50,133 bases of DNA from contig PS015012.1 of NCBI GenBank assembly GCA_048213135.1, positions 34,681-84,813 on the forward strand, read 5' to 3'. Position 1 is the first letter of the stretch; every line of letters begins with the position of its first letter. A program made the position numbers and the translations under genes. Positions 1 to 11,320 of this stretch are shown in pieces. The notes beneath the pieces were generated by a model, which was not told the origin of the DNA, did no database searches, and was given only the letters and a program-made list of their open reading frames with translations. The stretch comes from Reclinomonas americana ATCC 50394 (lineage: Eukaryota).

Positions 1-1885
1 CTGCTGCTGCTGCTGGTGCAGCGGAGACGAGGCGCTCTTCTTCTGCGCCGCGGCAACGTCGACAGTGTACACGCTCTCCGTCGGCGCATCGTCTTGCGTG
101 ACCGACGGCCGTCGCGTCGAATGGACGGGCGACGAGGCCTTCTTGGCGGGCATGGTGGTCGCTGCGCCAATCTTGTCTCCGTTCGACGACAGCTTGACGT
201 AGTAGGCGTCCATCTGCGGGTGGCCAGCGGGGTTCATCGGCTGCTTCGCCACCTCTTGCTGACGCAGCGCCTCCACAATCGACAGGTTGCTGTCGGTCTT
301 GGTCGCTTGCTGAGAAGCGCGAGTGCGAATCTCCTCCAAAGCGGCAGCAGCCTGAAACATACAAAACAAAGGGTCAACACGACTGGCATCACACAATGCA
401 CACCATCAATGTGTTGCTGCTCACGCACCTTGGCAGCTCGCATGGACACCTGCTTCGGCGACTGGCTGGTCGGCGACGACGGGTTCGCGACAATGATCTC
501 CAGCGCACCACCGCTGGCCTTGCGCCCCTTCCCGTTCTCGCCATGCGCCTTCGCGTCCGCCACGGCATCCCGCATGAGCAACGACGCGAGGTGGGAGCCT
601 GCCGCACTAGTCCGGCTCGAGGCCGAGGACATGGCGTCCAACGCCGGCGAATGCACCTGGCGCGTGGCCGAAGCCATTGACATGGAGACCGCCTTTTCCG
701 TGTGCACGTGCGCGGCTCGCACCGAAGCAGAAGAGCGCATCGACATGGAGGACGATTGCTTTGTCTGCCGCTGCAATGCACGAGTGAGTGAGCGACTGGG
801 CGAGCGAGCGAGAGCAAGACACGATAAACAAAGTGAAAATGAACCTTGTGATGCAGCTGCTCATCGTCCTCGTCGGTGGCATCGCCAGCTGTCTCCTCGC
901 CACCAGGAGGCGGCGACAGCACCGAGGCCACACCATGAGGATCATCACTGACATCGTGGTCCAGCGACAGCGCATCGCCCTCCTCCGACTCGGCCTGCTC
1001 AGACAGCTGCTGACCACCGACGCACATGCTAATGGCCTTGAACCACGAGCGGACCGAAGGGTTGACAAAGGTGGGACCAAGGCCCGCGCCCTTGGCGGCC
1101 ATGGTGCTCGTCAGCGAACTCGGAGTGGGCTCACAGAGAATCAGAGCGCGCTTCTTGACGCGAAACATGAGACCGCGAACGCCGCTGCTGTTGTCGGTCC
1201 ACTCGCTGCACTGAATGTGCTGCATGTCGAGCGTCTGCGATGGAGTGCTCTGTGTGCAAGAGTGAGCGTAATGAGGGTGGAAGAGTGGGAGAGACAGTGC
1301 GTGTGACAAACCGTTGGGCGTGTGGCCAGAATCAAATTGCTGCCGCGCAGAGAGCACCAGGCGAGCTTGGCGTCGGGATCAGGCGAGGTGGCGAGCCAGC
1401 CTTGGAACGCAGAGCTGTCCATGCGTGCTGTTGACATCGAAAAGTGAGTGACAGCCCAATCAACAAACAAAGAGAGCAGCAGCAGCAGCAGTACCAGACT
1501 CGGAGAGCATCTGCGAGATGAGTGCCATCCATGAGGGAGACGAGTCCGCGTTTCCATGGTGCTGCACCTCCCACTGATCGCGCTCGGCGCTCACAATGCT
1601 GACAATGTGCGGCCGTCCGGCAACTCGCGACACATTGTCTCGACGAAGCGGCAGCGATGCGACAAGGAGCTGTGTGCGGTGAGTGAGAGAGAGGTCTTGT
1701 GCGGCAAAGAGAGAGAAAGTGTGCCAAACCTGGTCATCGTGATCGTGCAGCAAAAGCTGGTGGCCCGAGGCCGGATGCAAATGCAGAGTGGCCGACAACT
1801 GCTGCCACGACTTGTGACCATTGCGACGAGCCAGGACCGCGCTGGAAGCAGCCGGCAAGCCGCTTGGACCTCCAGGGGTAGACAT
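1..1885 (-). CDS. Tandem PH-like domain protein with a low-complexity tail; runs off the window at its 3' end
   Basis: ATG at 1885 (MSTPGGPSG). Five GT-AG introns join two PH-like units: ARRNGHKSWQQLSATL...SPSWMALISQML and FQGWLATS...AWCSLRGSNLIL...VRSWFKAISMC. The last visible intron is 428..352 (AAG/GTGCGT...CAG/GCT) and the frame stays open to position 1. The PH assignment is by pattern only. Confidence 0.65.
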
Positions 1886-3011
1886 TTATACTTTTTCAAA
1901 GAGAAACGAACGAGGAGCTCTCACGAAACCCCACAGAGAAATTGTTTGAACTAACCACACAATCGCAAAACCGAAAACTGACATTGGCAATTTCTGGCGG
2001 ATTCGAACACACAAAAAAAGCGAGTCAAACGGAGAGTTTCCGGGGCGAGTGCAGAGAGCGACTGGTTCGCTGCAGTGGCATGGTGGTGCATCTGAATGTC
2101 GCGTGTTGAATAACAACACTGGTTTTGCGGGAAACCAATCGAGGCAAAATTGCTCGAAATTGGTTATTCCGTTGACGTTGGCGAAAACAGGGCCTAGGGG
2201 AGAACTCCACAAAGGGTGGAGTTAATTGCCATACGACGAGCCGGCGTGGTGATTCTACCGTGCCTGCTGTCGAGCAGTCGCAAGAGTTTCAACTGAGTTT
2301 TCCATTTTCAGCTGCACGCTTCTGCTTTGAATGCGAGTCAACAACGAGGTGGCACAAAGCAGTGCTGCTTGGGCCTGTGGAACTTATTGTCTTGCCCCGA
2401 TTGCCTGCTGCAGGTGCGCACGCAGGCCAGGCCGGATGTGAACGGGCAGGATTTCAACGCGTAATCGTTCCGCAGCTGGTTCCGCCATTTTGCAGACCTC
2501 GTCCACGACTAGCAGTGCCTTCTTCACATGCACATACGCTCCCTGAACTGGCCGTGACCACACGGAGACGCAGCGTGCATGCGTTCGAATTTTATCGACG
2601 TCGACGTCGACGCGATAATAATAATAATAGAAACTTCACNNNNNNNNNNNNNNNNNNNNNNNNNNNNNNNNNNNNNNNNNNNNNNNNNNNNNNNNNNNNN
2701 NNNNNNNNNNNNNNNNNNNNNNNNNNNNNNNNNNNNNNNNNNNNNNNNNNNNNNNNNNNNNNNNNNNNNNNNNNNNNNNNNNNNNNNNNNNNNNNNNNNN
2801 NNNNCATCTACCAGTGATCGCCAACAAGTCTTGCGTCGACGCAAGAAATTCGGCCGGCGCTGCGATGAAGGGTCACAGAAAAGACAGAAGATGGAGGAGA
2901 GAAGAAGGAGGGAGCACTCCACCACTTCCGCTGTCGATGCCCGCCTTCCTTCGTGGGAGAGCACTTGTTGCCACGTGTCACGAGGGACATTTTCGCAATC
3001 AATCAATCACA

Positions 3012-6000
3012 ATGTCGCGCGTGGTGGCCGCCGTGCTCTTCCTCGTGCTCATTGTGGCCGTGCTGCACGTGTCGGAGGCCGTCGATCGCCACCGTCACAA
3101 GAACTGCACACAGACAGCACACTGCAGTCGCGCACGCAATCGCTCCGGTCCCTCGGCCTTTGGTCTGCGCACGGCTGGAGCCGCTGTGGATGCCGACTCG
3201 GGTCAGTTCCCTCACCTCCTCCCCTTCTCTCTCTCTCTCTCTGCACAATGTCTCTTGTGTGCACTGAGTGTGCATCTCTCGCTCTCTCTGCTTTCCACAC
3301 ACGTGAACCAATTTGCGTTGCGTGCGTGGAGTTGTTGGCAAGCCATGCACATGGCCAGCTCTTGCACACGCACACGCGCACGCACTGCTGTGCACTCCTG
3401 TCACCGGAGGCTGCACGTACACCTCTCACTCTCTCTCTTTCCCTCTTCCCTCTCTCTCTGCCATCTCGTGCTCATCACATGATGACGTAGGCGCATTCCG
3501 CGGTGTTGTCTTCAACAAACAGACGGGCGAGCAGGTGGAGGTAGAGGTGCAGGCGTTTGGCGATCAGGCTGTACGGCTGCGCCTGTTCGAGGGCGACTTT
3601 GCTGGCGACGAGAGCAGTCCGTCGGCGCTGGCGCACGACGAGAGTGCAGAGTCTGACGAGGCAGAGGAGGCCGACGAATCGGCATCAGCAGCGGCGGCAG
3701 CGGCAGTGCCGGAGAAGCAGCAGAGGCGCAAGTTTGGACGTCCGCAGATCGAGGGCGGTCGCTTCGACGTGAGTCGCGATGTGGTCGTCATGTCGCCGTC
3801 GCGCGATGGGCGTGTGGCGTTGATCGACGAGGCCGATTCGTCAGTGGTGACGATCAAGGCCGGTGCGGCGGTGCTGCGCATCGACCCGCAGACGTTCACG
3901 GTGGACGTGCAAGACGCGGAGCGCTCGTCGGTGTTTGTCGTCAATCGTCTTGGGCGCCTGATGTACGAGACCAAGCAGCGACCAAAGGACAACACGTACC
4001 CCGAGTCGTCGGGTCGCCGTGGTGACGCCAGTTGCGTGCGTGTGTGCCACAACCATGGCTCGTGTAGTGGTGGCTCACATCGATGCGTGCGTAGGCGAGA
4101 CGGCTGTCGGCGTGGACATTGTGCACGTCGGTGCTACGCACCTGTACGGCCTGCCGGAGCGCACCGTATCGTTCGACCTCCCGGAGACCAAGGATCGCAG
4201 CGAACCGTTCCATCTCTTCAACAGCGATGTGTTCGAGTACGAGATCAACGACACCATGGGCACCTACGGCTCCGTTCCGTTCATTCTGTCGCACTCCGAG
4301 AAGCGCTCAGCCGGTGTGCTCTACTCGAATCCCACCGACACGTGGGTCGACGTGGAGTCCATTGGCGAGGTGCGGCGGGCCGAGTCCGTGGATGCGCTTG
4401 TAGTATACTCATTCGACTTGATTTTGTTTCGCGCAGGGCAAGGTCAGCACGTGGACCAGCCAGTCGGGTCACGTTGACCTGTTCTTCTTCCTCGGACCCG
4501 ACCCCAAGTCCGTGATCAGCCAGCTGACTGCACTCACCGGTTCGTGTGGTCGACATTCACGAGTAGGGCAGTCAGTGTTTACTGACGTGCGCACTCTGTG
4601 CAGGTCGCGCGCCATTGCCGCAGCAGTTTGCCATTGCGTACCACCAGTGCCGCTGGAACTACAAGTTGCGCATCCTCTCTTCCTTCACAATCGTGCGCTT
4701 GGTGGTGACCAATTGTTTTCAATCACCAACAGGGATCAGGAGGATGTGGCCTCGGTGGATGCCAAGTTTGACGAGTACGACATTCCGTACGACGTGATTT
4801 GGCTCGACATTGAACACACAGACGACAAGCAGTACTTTACCTGGGTGTGTTGGAAGACAAATAATCGTCATCTTCTTCCTTTTTGTCGCTGTGGTCTGAC
4901 ATGCGTGTGTAGGACCCGGCCACATTCACCAACCCGACCCAGATGATCAACGGCATTGCTGCAAAGGGTCGCAAGGTGCGTCTGGACGAGCAGCTGTCGT
5001 CGCTCGCGCGAAGTGAGGCTAATCGCGTTGGTTGTGGCGAATGCACAGATGGTGACCATCGTGGACCCACACGTGAAGCGGCGTCGCGGCTACTCTGTGT
5101 ACGACGAGGCTGACGAGCACGGCTACTTTGTGCGCACCAGCGACGGTGGCGACTACGAGGGACACTGCTGGCCAGGTGTGCTACGCGCGATTACACTGCT
5201 GCAGCGCTGCATGCCTTCAGTCTCACCAGTGACTGGGTGCAGGTGCTTCGAGCTGGGTCGACTTCCTCAGCCCGGCAGTGCGCGACTGGTATGCGTCTCT
5301 GTTCTCGTTCGACAAGTACGAGGGCTCGACCAAGGATCTGTACATTTGGATCGACATGAACGAGGTGCGCGCTATCGCTGCCATCCTGTGTGCTTGTGTA
5401 CACCCCTTCTCACACCTTGCACCAGCCGTCCGTGTTCAACGGGCCAAACACCGTGATGGACTTGGATGCCGTGCATCACGGTGGAGTGCGTCATCGCGAA
5501 GTGCACAATGCGTACTCATTGTACCACGTTGCGTCGTCGTCTTGTGGTGTGCTGCTTGTTTCACGCCTACGGCATGTGAGACTGACGTCTGTTCCGCAGG
5601 CCATGTCCGTGTACGATGGCCTGGTGCGACGACGCAACGGCGAAGATCGTCCATTCATTCTGTCGCGCTCGTTCTTTGCCGGCTCTCAGCGGTTCGTGCG
5701 CGTCTCGCTTCCCCCCCACTGTGTGTGTGTGTGTTTCAAGGCTCACGCACCACTGCAGTTATGCTGCGCTGTGGACTGGCGACAACATGGCGACGTGGGA
5801 GCACCTCAAGTCGACGCAGCCCATGTTGCTGTCGCTGGGTGTCGCCGGCCAGAACTTTGTGGGAGGTTTGTGCATCTCGCTCTCTACCTGGCCACTTGCA
5901 CATGGTGATGCTTCATGCTCACACGTTGTCGTCTTCATGCAGCCGATGTCGGTGGCTTCTTCAAGGACACCGAGGCCGACCTGCTCGTCCGCTGGTACCA

Positions 6001-7788
6001 GGCTGGCGCCTTCCAGCCGTTCTTCCGTGCCCACGCTCACCTCCGTGCGCCGCTCACGCCCTTCTCTCTCTTGCGTTCCAAATTGCTGACTTGATTCTGC
6101 TTGTCGGTGGCAGACTCGGCTCGCCGCGAACCGTGGCTCTTTGGCGAGGAAAACACCAAGTTGATCCGCCAGGCCATTTGGACTCGCTACATTCTGCTGC
6201 CGTACGTGTACACACAGTTCTACCAGAACTCGCAGACCGGCGTCCCCGTAATGAGGTGTGTCTACTGCACGCAGCGCGTCCTCACTTCTTGTTGTTCTTC
6301 AGTTTACTGATCTCCATGCGCGCACAGGCCGCTATTCTTCGAGTTCCCGTCGGATGCTGGCACCTACAGCGAGGAGCAGGCGTACATGTTTGGCGACGCG
6401 CTGTTGGTGCGACCGGTGACCGAGAAGGATTCGACCAGCATCTCGCTCGCACTGCCGGGCGATGAGGTTTGAACGCGCGCGCGCGTAATGGACACGAGTG
6501 CTGCATTTCCTCATCTTCTCCTCTCTTGTCTTGCAGCCATGGTACGACTACTTTACCGGAGGCAAGCCGGCATCCAACTGGTTCGGCACAGCGGCGTCGA
6601 TTGACGTTGTGCCCGATCGCATTCCAGTCTTCCAACGCGGAGGTGTGTGTGCACTCGCACATGTGTGTGTGTGTGTGTGTTTCGTTCATGGTTCGCTCAC
6701 ACACGCTGCGTTTCTCTCAGGCACGATTGTGCCGCAAAAGCTGCGCATTCGTCGCTCCAGCAAGGCCATGCACAACGATCCGATCACGCTGCAGATTGCG
6801 NNNNNNNNNNNNNNNNNNNNNNNNNNNNNNNNNNNNNNNNNNNNNNNNNNNNNNNNNNNNNNNNNNNNNNNNNNNNNNNNNNNNNNNNNNNNNNNNNNNN
6901 NNNNNNNNNNNNNNNNNNNNNNNNNNNNNNNNNNNNNNNNNNNNNNNNNNNNNNNNNNNNNNNNNNNNNNNNNNNNNNNNNNNNNNNNNNNNNNNNNNNN
7001 NNNNNNNNNNNNNNNNNNNNNNNNNNNNNNNNNNNNNNNNNNNNNNNNNNNNNNNNNNNNNNNNNNNNNNNNNNNNNNNNNNNNNNNNNNNNNNNNNNNN
7101 NNNNNNNNNNNNNNNNNNNNNNNNNNNNNNNNNNNNNNNNNNNNNNNNNNNNNNNNNNNNNNNNNNNNNNNNNNNNNNNNNNNNNNNNNNNNNNNNNNNN
7201 NNNNNNNNNNNNNNNNNNNNNNNNNNNNNNNNNNNNNNNNNNNNNNNCCGAGCAAGGACGGCGCGGCGCACGGCCTGCTGTACCTCGACGACGGCCAGTC
7301 GTTCGAGTACAAGAACGGCATCAGCACCGTCCGCGTGTTTGACCTGAAGACCGAGCAGTCCACGATGCGACTGACGGCCTCCGATGCCCCCAATCACGTT
7401 GCGTCTTGTCATCAACGTGGCGACCCGCATGGCATTGCGGTCTGACAGTGGTGTTTGTTGCGGTGCAGCCACCAGGCTACGTGGCTGTCAACAAGCTGGA
7501 GCGCGTTGTGATTCTTGACGTCCCATCGAAGCCCTCGAAGGTGACTCTGATGACCAGCGATCCGGACGCAAGCGAACCGCAGCTTACCGGCAACACCTCC
7601 GACGAGGTGAGTGTGTGTGCATCAGTGGGCGTGTAGACTACTCTTGTACTGACCATGCGCCTGTGCTGTAGATGATGATAACGGCGGTGAAGCTTGACTT
7701 CCAGTACTCGGCAACCACCAAGGTGCTGACAATCAAGCGACCGGGCGTGCAGATTCTGCAAAACTTTGTGATGGAGGTGCACTTGTGA
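3012..7788 (+). CDS. GANAB: Glucosidase II alpha subunit (GH31 neutral alpha-glucosidase AB), at least 18 introns, interrupted by gap 6801-7247
   Basis: Signal peptide [23 protein letters not shown]. Spliced motifs include [61 protein letters not shown] (nucleophile), WTGDN (acid/base), [32 protein letters not shown] and C-terminal [12 protein letters not shown] at 7786-7788. Confidence 0.95.
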
Positions 7789-9828
7789 TAATGGTTGGCG
7801 ACGAGTGTAGTAGACACAGTGATGGTTTGGCATTACACACACAAAAACACGGTTCATTTGGGGGTGGTGAAGCGGCGGAGCTGTGAGACGCCCAGTCGCG
7901 CTGCATGACGTCCATGTCGAACGAGTCGGTGGCTGCCAACTTCTTGCCGCTGAGCTTGGCAATCCGTGTGCCAAACTGAATGGCTCGCTTCCGACGGTCG
8001 GCACAGGCGTCGCCCAGATCGAGTCGCAGTCGCACGAGTTCGCGCAGCAGCATCTTGTCCTCCAGCCACTCCATTTGTGCATTCTCTCGAATGTAGCGCA
8101 TGACGTCCTCGTCGAGGAACGGATGCCGCNNNNNNNNNNNNNNNNNNNNAATTCGCACCCGTGCACCGCAATGCAGCGATCGTCGCGCCTGTCACACGGT
8201 CAGCACGCGAAACACGATGGTGTGAGATACCAGGAGAGAGAGAGAGAGAGAGAGCTAGCGACGCACCCCAGGTTACGCAGCCACAGCCGCTCAATGTCCA
8301 TGCTGATCTCGTCGCGCAGAGCTCCCCGTCGTCCGGCACGCTGGTGCCGGCGGTAGCCGCCAAGTTGTTCGTCGGAGCCGAGACCCGTAAGGAGGACGCG
8401 CGCGCCACTGTCGGTGCGCGCACGTTGTGCACAGAACCACAGCGAGGCGCCAATGTTGAAGTCCATTACTCCTCGCCGTGGCCACACACAACTCGCAATG
8501 TTGCTGGCGCACGAGGCCAGCTCCTGCAGCGACACATTGATTTCGATCAGGCGCCACCGCGTCTCGCCACATGCGGTGCACAGTTCACGGTACCCCTCCC
8601 GCGCAGTGGCACGGTCGGGAGCCACCTCACCGTCTTCGGTTACAGGAGCAGCCATCGCCACAAAAGCCACATTCAACAACTCAATGGTCACGTCCGACGG
8701 CAGATGCCGATGTGCGAGTGCAGCCACAGCCATGCAGTCGATGCCACCCGAAAAGAGCAGACCAATGGTGCGATCGCGACCGTCGTAGTGCGCCACGCAC
8801 TGCACACGCAGTCGAACGGCCTCGGACAGTGCATGCAAAAGTCCATCCACACACTCGGCAAACGAGCATCCCTCTCCATCGACCCCCTCTGCTGCAACAC
8901 TGCGGGCCGGCCACGGCGGAGGCACCGGCACCAAGTGCGGCACAAGCACAGTCTCCACGTTCTCCCCACCCTGCCACCGCATGCCATACACACCACGAGG
9001 CGGCACCTCAAACACTCCACCACCACTCTGCATCAATGCATCGTACGCGTCACGCGTCTCCGCGAGAGCAGCCGAACACAGCACCATGGTGCGCACGTCT
9101 AGCAGTGCACAGAGCAGCGACCGCCGGCCCACGGCATCTCTGGCAAACAGCACGCTGCCGTCGTCGCACACCACCACCACGGAATAGGAACCGTGCAGCG
9201 GGGCGAGCGCGGCCGCCACACTCGCACAGCGCTCATTCAAGTCCATGCGTGACGCCTCTGCCAGGGCCACCTGGACACGCGACGCCAGCAGCTGCGTGTC
9301 GGAGTCCACCAGTGCATCCCAAGCACCCTCATCGCCCGACACGCGATAGATCTCGCCCACCCACGCCATCCACACACCGCCACCGCCACTGCCACTATCT
9401 ACTGTCGTCACACGCACTGGCTGTGCATTGGTGACGGCCACACTCGCCGGATCGCCGCGCAACTGCAACACCGAGGCCGACAACTCAAACGACACCGGCG
9501 CACCATCACCACAGTCAACTGCAATCTCACGTGTGCTGTCGGGTCCACGCATGCGCTGTGCGGCGTGGCAGGCTGCTACAAAGGCCTGCTTTGCCTCGTC
9601 AACATCCACGCAAGGCGGCGATGACGACGACGATGGCTGGGAGATGGGAGGTGGCAGGCATGAATGAATGACAATCATGTGTGTGTGTGTGTGTGTGCAT
9701 CACACCTCAGCTGCTGCTCCGCATTCGTCGGGGCGATCGTCGACAGCCTCGCGATGGGCCCACTCTTCGACAATGCGCGTCGTCGGCAAGTCGCAGCCAC
9801 TTTGTATTAGCAGAGTGATGCCACACAT
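7733..9828 (-). CDS. ASNSD1: Asparagine synthetase domain-containing protein 1
   Basis: N-terminal MCGI (Ntn Cys), RGPD, VLQLRG, ARDAVGRRSL, LFSGGIDC, GLGSDEQLGGY, NLG/RDDR across an intron, HPFLDE and KRAIQFGTR. There is a 20-N gap at 8130-8149. The 3' end is uncertain; the first in-frame stop is at 7733. Confidence 0.9.
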
Positions 9829-9918
9829 GCTGTCTCCGACTCTGTGTCTCTCTCGGCACAACGATGAAAGGACGATGGAAAAATACAATCTATGGCGATC
9901 GGGAGTGTCGCTCGCGGG

Positions 9919-11020
9919 TCACTCTGGCACTCGCGGCCCACTGCCGACAAAGGGGTTGCGCTGGCACTTGAGCACGATCTCCAACGGACACGCGGTGGCC
10001 GAGGGGAAGGAGCACACGAAAGCCACGGTGGTGGCAATGTCGGCGGGTTGAATCATGTTTTCGCGAACGAGACCCGGGCGGCCGCTGGTCATCTCCGTGT
10101 CGATGAGCGACGGTTGCAGCACACTGACCCGGATGCCGCGCGACTGGCCCACATCCTCAAACACGCCTCGTGCAAAGGCCACCAGTGCGGCCTTGGTCTG
10201 CATGCACAACAAAGGCGGTGAATCACCGTGCTGCGACGATGCGTACACCACCACAGAAACGCAACAGCCGAGTAAGTGGCGGCTGCGGGGATGACTAGCG
10301 TGGCCAGGTCCGACGCCAGGTACACGAGTGTGGAACCCGCGTCGCAGAACGGCACCAGCAGTCGCGTGAGTCGCACTGCGCCCTCCACATTGAGCGAGAT
10401 GAGAGCCTCCTGTGTTCGTGGTAGAGTGCGATAAGTCTTCACGGCACCAACAAAAAACCCCCTCGCAGCAAGCAGCAGCTGACCAGCTTGTCAAGGTCGG
10501 CCTGGTCAATCGGCGACTTGTCCGACAGACCAGCGGCATGCACAAAGATGGACACTGCGGCGCCGCGCGGTCGCACCACCTCCTCCACGAGTCGCTCACA
10601 GTCTCCGCGCACAGCAAAATCGCCCACAAACAAGACCAGATCGAGCGGAGTGGCCACTGATGCTGTCCATCAGTCAGTCAATCAGTCAATCAATGCAGCA
10701 GTCAACGCAACAGTCTGCATACCTTCGGCCGCGCGTCGCCTGCACTCCTCTGCAGTGGCCTCCAAATGCGCCTGCTTGCGTCCGCACAGAACGAGAGGTC
10801 GTTCACTGCGAAATCGGAGTGTGAGAGAGAGAGAGATTGAGAAGAAGTGTGTGTGTGAGAGAGAGTGAGTGAGAGCGACGAACCTCGCAGAGAGTGCAAG
10901 CTCACTTGCAATCGCACGTCCGCATCCTGCATAACAAAGAGTGAGGAGAAATGCATTTCCGTCTCTCTCCTTTCTCTCTCTCTCTCACACACCACCACTG
11001 GCACCCGTCACAATGATCAT
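9919..11020 (-). CDS. Classical short-chain dehydrogenase/reductase (SDR), 5 introns
   Basis: The spliced product has MIIVTGASGGCGRAIA (TGxxxGxG), LVLCGRK, VHAAG, YLASDL, YSA/TKAAL (YxxxK across intron 10265..10198), LQPSLIDTEM and IQPADIA. TGA at 9919-9921. Confidence 0.9.
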
Positions 11021-11320
11021 CCGTCCGTGCCCTTTTCTCTCGCTGTGCAACGTTCAGCAGGCTTGGCGGCTTTTTTTGGCGGGTCCCAATATTTTAGGAC
11101 GGTTGTTCCAAAATCGGTTTTTGTGGGCGGTTTCTCTGCAGCTGGTGCCGGAATTTCGTTGTTCACCCATTGTGCGAGAGAGAGCAGAAGGCACGCGCGC
11201 ACTCTTTCCCACCCTCTGTTCACTCACCCCCTTCCTGTTCTGTTCTTTACACACAACACACACACAACACACACACACGCGCGCACACTCTCTTTCTGTG
11301 TCCTCTTTCGTTGAGATAGT

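Noticed and set aside
16-951. Long ORFs antisense to or out of frame with real genes (16..951 +, 8161..9102 +, 18391..19380 -, 13018..13779 - and others)
   Set aside because: These are shadow ORFs of GC-rich coding sequence. They have no motifs, and the opposite strand or another frame carries the recognisable protein.
1995-2020. GTTCGAATCC on the - strand, resembling a tRNA T-loop or B-box
   Set aside because: The flanks do not form a T-stem or cloverleaf, and a T7 run lies just upstream.
10700-10712. GTTGCGT on the - strand in the SDR gene as another shifted donor
   Set aside because: The frame requires the upstream GAAG/GTATGC donor, so this copy is intronic and was not counted.
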